Origin: an uncultured bacterium
GTDB taxonomy: Bacteria > Hydrothermota > Hydrothermia > Hydrothermales > Hydrothermaceae
Direction: 5' to 3'
DNA: 36,432 nt
Assembly: GCA_964623395.1 (NCBI GenBank)
Contig: CAZUSI010000004.1
Location: 1 to 36,432, forward strand
This document shows, piece by piece, positions 23,349 to 30,521 of the stretch (its first letter is position 1; every line of letters starts with the position of its first letter). Position numbers and translations under genes: made by a program. The notes beneath the pieces are model-generated. The model did no database searches and had not been told where the DNA came from. It saw only the letters and a list, made by a program, of their open reading frames with translations.

Positions 23349-26081
23349 ATGTTTAAAATCTTTTTCTTATTAATTTTAACTTTTGGGCAAAATAAAATTC
23401 AGACAAAAAATCTTAAATGGGAAATTTGTAAAACTCCAAATTTTACAATTTATTTTACAAAAGGGGGTGAAAACCTTGCCGCATTTGCAGCAGGAGTTCT
23501 TGAAAATGCATATACAAGGCTTTCTCAGATGCTTGGTATTTCCATAAAGGAAAAAATTCCTGTTATAATTTACAATTCTCCAAATGATTTTAGAGAAACA
23601 AACATAATTCTTGATTTAATAGAAGAAGGAGTTGGGGGTTTTACAGAATTTTATAAAAGTAGAGTAGTTGTTCCTTTTGATGGTTCTTATGCCTCTTTTA
23701 AACATGTTCTTGAACATGAACTTACTCATGTTTTTGAATTCCGGATTTTTTACAAAGGTATTCATGAAATTGCACAGGAGGTTTTTTTTAATATTCCCCT
23801 TTATATTATGGAAGGTTTACCTGAATATTTTTCCTTAGGATGGGATTCTGAAACAGAAGGTTTTGTGAAGGACCTTCTTTTAAATGATTTATTTCCAAGT
23901 TTAAAGGAACTTGAGGGATATGGGGGTTATATTGTTTATAAAGTAGGTCAAGCATTTTTTTATTTTATTTATGAAACATATGGAGAAGAAAAAATATTAG
24001 AATTTTTAAATGCATTAAAATTTAGAAAATCTTTAAATAGTGCTTCTTTAAAAGTTTTTGGAATTCCAATTGACAAACTTTCAGATAAATTTTCCTATTA
24101 TTTAAAAAAGAAAGTTTTTAAGGGATTTGAAGAATATGATTATCCAGATGATATAGGTAAAAGGATTACTGACCATAAAAAAGAAGGTGGATTTATGAAT
24201 GTGGGACCTGCTTTATCCTATGACGGTTCAAAAATCTCTTTTCTTTCAGATAGAAAAAATTATACTGATTTATATCTTGTTTCAATATACAATTTAGAAA
24301 AAATAAATAAAATTGTTTCAGGAGAAAGGTTTCCTTCCCTTGAAAATTTGCATCTTTTAAGACCTGGTATATGTTTTTCACCTGATGGAAAATACATAGT
24401 TTTTACTTCACATGGAGATGGCAAAGAAATAATAAATTTTTATGATATAAAAAAGAGGAAAATAACAAAAAGGTATTCCTTTAAAGAATTTGATGGAATT
24501 TATACACCCGATTTTTCACCTGATGGTAAAAAATTGGTTTTTGTTGGTGTAAAAGATGGGGCTTCTGACCTTTTTATACTTGATCCTTCTAATGGCAAAA
24601 TTTTTGATAGAATAACTTTTGATTTTTTTGATGAAAGAGACCCTTTATTTTTAGAGGATGAAATTTTATTTATTTCTGATAGAAACGATGAAGAAAGATA
24701 CGGGAGTTATGCAATATTTTCTTACTCTTTAAAGGAGAGAAAAATAAGGAGAATAACACCATATTTAGGTAATATTTCTCATCCTTTTTATTTAGGAGAA
24801 AGTCTTTATATTTTTATATATAAAGAAAAAGGTATTTCAAATATATTTGCTTATGATAAAAAAGAAAATAAATTTTATCAGATTACAAATTTCCCATCAG
24901 GAATAAGGGAAGCAGGTTATGCAAAGGAAAGTAAGGATATGGTTTGTAGTATTCTATGGAAGGGTGGATTTGATATTTTCTATATTAAAAAGGAAAGGAT
25001 AACTCAAAGGGAAAAATGGAAAGAAATTAAAATAGAGGAAAGAAAAGGTGAAGAAATAAAAAAATTTGAAGATACTGAATGGATTACTTTTACAAATTCT
25101 TTTACAATAGATTATGTGGGCGGAGCAGTTGAATATGCTCCAGAATATGGATATTATGGGAATGTAGGATTTGAAGCATCTGACATTCTTGGAAATTTAA
25201 GAATACAGTTTTTTACAGATATGACAGGTGGTGATTTAACTGTTTCCAACTGGTTTTTTGGAATTTACTATTTACCAAAAAGAATTGATTATATTTTTGA
25301 ATTTTATCAATATTTTCCCTTATATCCTTATGATTCAATTTATTATTCATATGAAAGGAATCTTGGTTTCAATTTCATTACACTTTTTCCTTTAAATAAG
25401 TTTTTTAGGTTTGAAATAGGAACAGGTTTTAATTATATTGAAAGGATAATTGATAGAAATTTTTACCTACCAATTGATAGGATAGATTATTTTGTAAATT
25501 TACCTATTTATTTTGCAAGTGTTTTTGATCGTTCAACAGATTTTTATTATATTGGAATAAGGGATGGTGAGAGGGCTTACCTTGGTTTTGAATTCGGTGT
25601 AATACCTGAAATTTATTTAAAATATATTTTTGATGCAAGAAAATATTTTAGAATAACTCCTCGCTCAAATTTTGCTTTAAGATTTTTAACTGCTGGAAAA
25701 AATGGTGGTGAGAGAATACTTCCTTTTTGGCTTGGTGGTCCAAATACATTAAGGGGATATGATTTATTTGAGTTTGTTTATCCTTACATATTTTTATCCA
25801 ATTTTGAGTTAAGGGTTCCTTTCCTTGATAATTTAAGATTATCTTTTCCTTTGCCTTTAAGTATTAGTAATATAAGGGCTATTCTTTTTATTGATAACGG
25901 TTTTGGATGTAATAAAATAGAAGAAATGAAAAAGTTTAAGAGAAAAATACTTGGTGATTATGGATATGGATTGAGATGGAAGCTTGGATACTTTGATTTA
26001 AAACTTGATTTTGCTTATAAATTTCAAAAAAAGTTTTTTGGTAAACCAATTGTATGGCTTACTTTCGGAAGAGATTTTTAA
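23349..26081 (+). CDS. Omp85-family outer-membrane protein with N-terminal gluzincin (peptidase MA-like) domain and TolB/PD40 beta-propeller
   Basis: FGQNKIQ start; HELTH...EGLPEY; repeated FSPDGK/SYDGSK propeller blades; GGPNTLRGY (VRGF/Y-like loop 6); C-terminal LTFGRDF. Confidence 0.85.
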   Translation: MFKIFFLLILTFGQNKIQTKNLKWEICKTPNFTIYFTKGGENLAAFAAGVLENAYTRLSQMLGISIKEKIPVIIYNSPNDFRETNIILDLIEEGVGGFTEFYKSRVVVPFDGSYASFKHVLEHELTHVFEFRIFYKGIHEIAQEVFFNIPLYIMEGLPEYFSLGWDSETEGFVKDLLLNDLFPSLKELEGYGGYIVYKVGQAFFYFIYETYGEEKILEFLNALKFRKSLNSASLKVFGIPIDKLSDKFSYYLKKKVFKGFEEYDYPDDIGKRITDHKKEGGFMNVGPALSYDGSKISFLSDRKNYTDLYLVSIYNLEKINKIVSGERFPSLENLHLLRPGICFSPDGKYIVFTSHGDGKEIINFYDIKKRKITKRYSFKEFDGIYTPDFSPDGKKLVFVGVKDGASDLFILDPSNGKIFDRITFDFFDERDPLFLEDEILFISDRNDEERYGSYAIFSYSLKERKIRRITPYLGNISHPFYLGESLYIFIYKEKGISNIFAYDKKENKFYQITNFPSGIREAGYAKESKDMVCSILWKGGFDIFYIKKERITQREKWKEIKIEERKGEEIKKFEDTEWITFTNSFTIDYVGGAVEYAPEYGYYGNVGFEASDILGNLRIQFFTDMTGGDLTVSNWFFGIYYLPKRIDYIFEFYQYFPLYPYDSIYYSYERNLGFNFITLFPLNKFFRFEIGTGFNYIERIIDRNFYLPIDRIDYFVNLPIYFASVFDRSTDFYYIGIRDGERAYLGFEFGVIPEIYLKYIFDARKYFRITPRSNFALRFLTAGKNGGERILPFWLGGPNTLRGYDLFEFVYPYIFLSNFELRVPFLDNLRLSFPLPLSISNIRAILFIDNGFGCNKIEEMKKFKRKILGDYGYGLRWKLGYFDLKLDFAYKFQKKFFGKPIVWLTFGRDF

Positions 26082-26085
26082 ATAG

Positions 26086-26409
26086 ATGATAAGAATAATT
26101 TTTTACTTTATAATTTCACAGAAAGAAGAAGGGAGTATTTTTGCATTACTTTTGCCTTTTATTTTATTTTTTATTTTTTTTTATCTTTTTTTAATCCTTC
26201 TAGAGCAGAGAAAAGAGAGAAAACATAGGGAGATGTTAAAAAAATTGAAAAAGGGTGATTATGTTTTAACATCATCAGGTATGTATGGAATTGTTTCAAA
26301 AATTGAAGAAAACACCGTTACTTTAAAAATATCTGAAAATGTTTTTGTTAAATTTGAAAAATGGGCAATTCAAACAGTTTTAAAAAAGAAAGAAGAGAAT
26401 GAAAAATAA
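26086..26409 (+). CDS. yajC: Preprotein translocase subunit YajC
   Basis: TM helix followed by MLKKLKKGDYVLTSSGMYGIV...KFEKWAI. Confidence 0.92.
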   Translation: MIRIIFYFIISQKEEGSIFALLLPFILFFIFFYLFLILLEQRKERKHREMLKKLKKGDYVLTSSGMYGIVSKIEENTVTLKISENVFVKFEKWAIQTVLKKKEENEK

Positions 26410-26917
26410 AATAAAAATTTATGGGGAAAAAGTTTTGAGAATGAAAGGTGAAGATGTTAAAAATGGGGAAGAAGTTAAGGATATTGTTTCTGAGATGATG
26501 GTGATTTTAAAAGAAATAAATGGTCTTGGTCTTGCAGCACATCAAATTGGAAAACCCCTCAATCTTTTTATAGTTAATTTTGATTTATTTGAAAAGGGAA
26601 AAGGAATTAAAGAGTTTATAAATCCAAAACTTTTATACTATGAAGGTGAGGAAACTATGGAAGAGGGCTGTCTTTCAATTCCAGAATTTTATGTAGAAAT
26701 TCCACGCCCTAAAAAAATTTTTATGGAATTTTTTGATTTAAATATGAATAAAAATTTTATAACTGCAGAAGGTCTTTTGGCAAGAGTTTTATTGCATGAA
26801 TATGACCATATAAATGGAATTTTAATTTTTGATAGATTAAAAGAAGATGAAAGAAAAATAATAATAGCAAAATGGAAGAAATTATGGAAGAAAAAAGAGG
26901 GGAAAAATTTAAAATAG
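26399..26917 (+). CDS. def: Peptide deformylase
   Basis: GLGLAAHQIG, EGCLSIP, HEYDHING motifs; adjacent to fmt. Confidence 0.96.
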   Translation: MKNKIKIYGEKVLRMKGEDVKNGEEVKDIVSEMMVILKEINGLGLAAHQIGKPLNLFIVNFDLFEKGKGIKEFINPKLLYYEGEETMEEGCLSIPEFYVEIPRPKKIFMEFFDLNMNKNFITAEGLLARVLLHEYDHINGILIFDRLKEDERKIIIAKWKKLWKKKEGKNLK

Positions 26918-27816
26918 CATTTTTTGGTTCTGGAATTTTTGCTCAAAAATTTTTGACAAAAATAATTGAAAAGGAATTTATCCCTTCTATAATTATAACA
27001 TCTCCTGATGCTCCTTCAGGAAGGGGAAGAGAATTAAAACCTTCCAAAGTTAAGGAAATTGCCTTAGAAAAAAATATAGAATGTTTCTCCCCTTATGACC
27101 CTAATAGTCCTGGTTTTTTGGAAGAATTAAAAAAATATGATATTGATTATATAATACTTACAGATTATGGAAAAATCCTAAAAAAAGAACTTCTAAGTTT
27201 ACCAAAAATTGCTCCTTTAAATCTTCATCCTTCACTTTTGCCAAAATATAGGGGTGCTGCTCCCCTTGAAAGGGCAATAATGAATGGTGAGAAATGGACA
27301 GGTTTTACAATTTTTATAATGAATGAAAAAATAGATGCAGGTGATATTGTGTATCAAGAGAAGATAGAGATAGATGATAAGACAAAGGGTGAGATTGAGG
27401 ATGAAATATGTGAACTTGCAAGCAATATATTTCCTGATATTTTATTAAAAATTTCAAAAAATGAAATAGAGCCAAAACCTCAAAAAGGGGTCTCAACTTA
27501 TGCTTCAAAAATAAAGGAGGAAGAACTTTGGATTGACTGGAAAAAGGATAGTGAAGAAGTTAAAAATAAGATTCATGCATTATCTCCTACCCCTGGTGCA
27601 AGAACTCATTTTGATGGAAAATATACAAAAATATATAAGGTTAGAGTTTATAAAAATATGAATGGCCCGCCAGGGAAAATAAAAATAGAGGAAGGTGTTC
27701 TTTATGTTTTTTGTGGGAAAGGTGCAGTTGAAATTCTTCAAATTCAACCTGCAGGCAAAAAAATAATGGATGCAAAGGAATACATTTTGGGATACCATCC
27801 TTTATGGGCGGAATAG
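26872..27816 (+). CDS. fmt: Methionyl-tRNA formyltransferase
   Basis: PDAPSGRG, YGKIL, NLHPSLLPKYRGAAP, IDAGDI, LSPTPGA, QPAGKK. Start may be ATG 26884. Confidence 0.96.
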   Translation: MEEIMEEKRGEKFKIAFFGSGIFAQKFLTKIIEKEFIPSIIITSPDAPSGRGRELKPSKVKEIALEKNIECFSPYDPNSPGFLEELKKYDIDYIILTDYGKILKKELLSLPKIAPLNLHPSLLPKYRGAAPLERAIMNGEKWTGFTIFIMNEKIDAGDIVYQEKIEIDDKTKGEIEDEICELASNIFPDILLKISKNEIEPKPQKGVSTYASKIKEEELWIDWKKDSEEVKNKIHALSPTPGARTHFDGKYTKIYKVRVYKNMNGPPGKIKIEEGVLYVFCGKGAVEILQIQPAGKKIMDAKEYILGYHPLWAE

Positions 27817-28025
27817 GAAAAATTATGATTTTTATAGGTTCTCTTTTTATAATTTTTGGACTCCTTTTTCTTCTTTTTGAAAAAATCCATTTACCAAGAA
27901 TGCCTTTTGATATATATATAAAAAAAGATAATTTTCATTTGTTTTTCCCAATTGGGACCTCTTTAATAATTTCCCTTATTTTAACAATTATTTTAAATAT
28001 TTTAATAATCATTTTTAAAAAATAG
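27804..28025 (+). CDS. DUF2905-family small membrane protein
   Basis: Two TM segments around RMPFDIYIKKDNFHLFFPIGTSLIISLIL (family pattern RLPGDI...F.FP..T.I..S). Confidence 0.85.
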   Translation: MGGIGKIMIFIGSLFIIFGLLFLLFEKIHLPRMPFDIYIKKDNFHLFFPIGTSLIISLILTIILNILIIIFKK

Positions 28026-28029
28026 TTTA

Positions 28030-28059
28030 TTGAAATAATTTTCAATTTTACTTTATAAT
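28030..28059 (+). promoter_or_regulatory. Putative sigma70 promoter, leaderless type; -35 lies within an inverted repeat
   Basis: TTGAAA (28030-35), 18-nt spacer, TATAAT (28054-59), 6 nt, ATG 28066; ATTGAAA-TAAT-TTTCAAT at 28029-46. Confidence 0.62.
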
Positions 28060-28065
28060 TAATCT

Positions 28066-28497
28066 ATGAATATTATAAATTTGATGGTTGCAAGTTCTTT
28101 TTTTATAAATGGAGGTATTTACTTCCCCTTAGGAAAATCCTCTTCTAATTTAAATCCAGGTTTTGGCATTGGGGGTGGTAAATATTTTGAAAATTTTGGA
28201 ATTCTTTTTCAATTTAAAAGTTTTAATTTAGAAAATTCAAATTTTTCTATTTTTTCTCCTGGTTTTTCCTTCCCTTATAAATTTTTTAAAAATTTTTATA
28301 CAGGTCTTTCAATTTTTTATTCTTTTATTAAACTAAAAAGAAATAATTTAGAAGAGATTGGTGGAACATTTTCTCTTAACACCTTTTTAAAAATTTATTC
28401 GGAGAATGAGAAATTTGGAAGTGCTTTTGAATTTGAATTTTTAAAAGGTGAAAATCAAAACATTTTTTTAATTGGTTTTTTAATTGAATTTAAATGA
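28066..28497 (+). CDS. Hypothetical small outer-membrane beta-barrel-like protein
   Basis: 143 aa of alternating Gly/aromatic beta-strand segments (GGIYFPLG, PGFGIGGG), ending LIGFLIEFK. Confidence 0.6.
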   Translation: MNIINLMVASSFFINGGIYFPLGKSSSNLNPGFGIGGGKYFENFGILFQFKSFNLENSNFSIFSPGFSFPYKFFKNFYTGLSIFYSFIKLKRNNLEEIGGTFSLNTFLKIYSENEKFGSAFEFEFLKGENQNIFLIGFLIEFK

Positions 28498-28973
28498 AGT
28501 TAAATCTTTTTGAAAAAATAAAACTAAAAATTAAATTTTATAAATTTTTTAAAGAGAAATATTTTTTAAAATTTCCTTTTGATTTAAATTCTTTTGAAAA
28601 TATGGTGTTTTTTTTGCCAGAAGATAAAAAAGAATCCCTTTTTCTTTTATCTTTTATTCATAATTTAGAAAAAAATTTTAAAAAAGAAATTAAAATATTT
28701 GCACCTGAAATTTTTTTGGAATTTTCAGATCTTTCAAAAAATTTAATTTTATACGATAATATTAATTATAGAACTTTAAAAAATTTAAACAATCAAATTA
28801 TAAATAAAAAAACAATAATTTTTGACTTCTGTAATAAAAATGAATTTAAAAAATATGTAGTTAAACTTGCTACATGGATTTCAAATAAAAATACCGGTAA
28901 TTTAATAATAAAAATTCCTGCTCAAAAAATTTTTAATTTAATTGGTTTAAAAAATGAACAAAATAATTGTTGA
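28494..28973 (+). CDS. Hypothetical protein
   Basis: 159-aa ORF coupled by overlaps to both neighbours (ATGA upstream, 20 nt with smpB); no motif recognised. Confidence 0.65.
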   Translation: MKLNLFEKIKLKIKFYKFFKEKYFLKFPFDLNSFENMVFFLPEDKKESLFLLSFIHNLEKNFKKEIKIFAPEIFLEFSDLSKNLILYDNINYRTLKNLNNQIINKKTIIFDFCNKNEFKKYVVKLATWISNKNTGNLIIKIPAQKIFNLIGLKNEQNNC

Positions 28974-29403
28974 AAATAGAAAGGTTTATAGGGATTATGA
29001 AATAGCTGAAGAAATAGAAGCTGGGATGGAACTTCTTGGATGGGAAGTGAAATCAATTAAAAATGGCGCAATTTCTTTAAAGGATGCATTTGTTAAATTT
29101 GAAAATGGAGAAGCATTTCTTTTAAATGCATATATTGCTCCTTATAAATATGCGGGCCTTTTACCTTGTAATCCTGAAAGAAAAAGGAAATTGCTTCTTA
29201 AAAAAAGTGAAATAAAAAGGCTTATGGGAAAGGTAAAAGAAAGGGGATTCACAATTATTCCTTTAAAGGTTTATTTAAAAGGAAGATGGATAAAAATTTT
29301 AATAGCACTTGCTCGCGGAAGGAAAAAATATGAAAAAAGACAAATTTTAAAAGAAAGGGAAATAAAAAGGGAAATTGAAAGGGAATTAAAGAGGAATGTT
29401 TAA
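28954..29403 (+). CDS. smpB: SsrA-binding protein
   Basis: ENRK, EAGMELLGWEVKSIK, RKRKLLLKKSEI, ARGRKKYEKR. Confidence 0.97.
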   Translation: MNKIIVENRKVYRDYEIAEEIEAGMELLGWEVKSIKNGAISLKDAFVKFENGEAFLLNAYIAPYKYAGLLPCNPERKRKLLLKKSEIKRLMGKVKERGFTIIPLKVYLKGRWIKILIALARGRKKYEKRQILKEREIKREIERELKRNV

Positions 29404-30421
29404 CATTTTTTTTCTTTTTTCTCTTTTAAAACTTTTAAGTCCCGAAATATATTATTTTAATGATAGTGTTAAAGTTTTAATAAAAAAAGAGGGTTATTTA
29501 GATAAATTTGAAAAGAAAATAAAAGATAAAGAATTTATAATAGTTTTCCATAATGCTTCCTTTGACTTTCCATTAGAATATAATACTGAAAATGAATATT
29601 TAAAAGGTATTGAAATCCAAAAAGAAGATGAAAATTTAATTTTTAAATTTAAAATAACAGAAAATGTCAAAAAGTATCGTATAAAAAAAGAGGAAGATAA
29701 AATAGAGATTTTATTTTTTGGAGAAAAAATAAAAGATGAAAATAGAAAAATTAAAAAAATAGTTATTGATCCAGGACACGGAGGGGAAGATCCTGGAGCA
29801 TGTGGGAAAAATGGAACAAAAGAAAAGGATGTTAATCTTCAAGTTTCAAAAATTTTAAAAAAATTAATAGAAAAGGAATTAAAAATTAAAGTTATTTTAA
29901 CAAGAGAAAAGGATACTTTTTTATCACTTAATGAAAGGTCAAGAATTGCAAATAGGGAGAAGGCAGATATTTTTCTTTCAATTCATTGTAATGCTTCCAA
30001 AAATCCATTAGCTTCAGGTCCTGAAGTTTATTTTTTATCAGAAGCAAAAACAGATTGGGAAAGAGCTGTTGAGGCTCTTGAAAATGCATCTTTAAAATTT
30101 GAAATGTCTGAAAAAGAAGCAAAAACTCTTCTTGATGCAATACTTTCTGACCTTGCTCAAACAGAATTTTTAAAAGAATCCCAAAAACTTGCTGAATTTC
30201 TTCAAAAAAAACTTGTTTCTGATGAAAATTTTGATAGGGGGGTAAAGCAAGCAGGTTTTTATGTTTTATTAGGTGCCTATATGCCTTCTGCACTTATTGA
30301 AATTGGATTTATAACAAATCCTGAAGAAGAAAAAAAATTAAAGGATAAAAATTATATAGAAAAGATTTGTAAAAAAATATTAGAAGGTTTAAAAGAATTT
30401 ATAAATTGGTATGAAAAGTAA
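29396..30421 (+). CDS. N-acetylmuramoyl-L-alanine amidase (Amidase_3, AmiC-like) with N-terminal AMIN-like region
   Basis: IDPGHGGEDPGA, EKDVNL, LTRE, SIHCNA, ALEN autoinhibitory-helix insert, MPSALIEIGFITN. Confidence 0.93.
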   Translation: MFNIFFLFSLLKLLSPEIYYFNDSVKVLIKKEGYLDKFEKKIKDKEFIIVFHNASFDFPLEYNTENEYLKGIEIQKEDENLIFKFKITENVKKYRIKKEEDKIEILFFGEKIKDENRKIKKIVIDPGHGGEDPGACGKNGTKEKDVNLQVSKILKKLIEKELKIKVILTREKDTFLSLNERSRIANREKADIFLSIHCNASKNPLASGPEVYFLSEAKTDWERAVEALENASLKFEMSEKEAKTLLDAILSDLAQTEFLKESQKLAEFLQKKLVSDENFDRGVKQAGFYVLLGAYMPSALIEIGFITNPEEEKKLKDKNYIEKICKKILEGLKEFINWYEK

Positions 30422-30424
30422 ATT

Positions 30425-30446
30425 TATGTTGCAAATTTGCAACATA
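30425..30446. repeat. Perfect 22-bp palindrome TATGTTGCAAATTTGCAACATA (candidate operator/enhancer)
   Basis: Read directly in the 100-nt intergenic gap, the largest non-coding gap of the plus-strand block. Confidence 0.8.
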
Positions 30447-30484
30447 TTATAAAATTTCATATTAATTTAATTTAAATTTAAAAT

Positions 30485-30500
30485 TGGCATAAAAATTTCA
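30485..30500 (+). promoter_or_regulatory. Possible sigma54-type -24/-12 promoter
   Basis: TGGCAT-AAAAA-TTTCA versus consensus TGGCAC-N5-TTGCW; the -12 G is mismatched. SD-like GGGGTGA lies before ATG 30522. Confidence 0.4.
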
Positions 30501-30521
30501 TAAAATAAAATGGGGTGAAAA

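Noticed and set aside
26190..26215. YajC has ILLEQ where the family usually has a Pro (xxPQ)
   Set aside because: A single CCA-to-CTA change would explain it; cannot distinguish a variant from a sequencing error.
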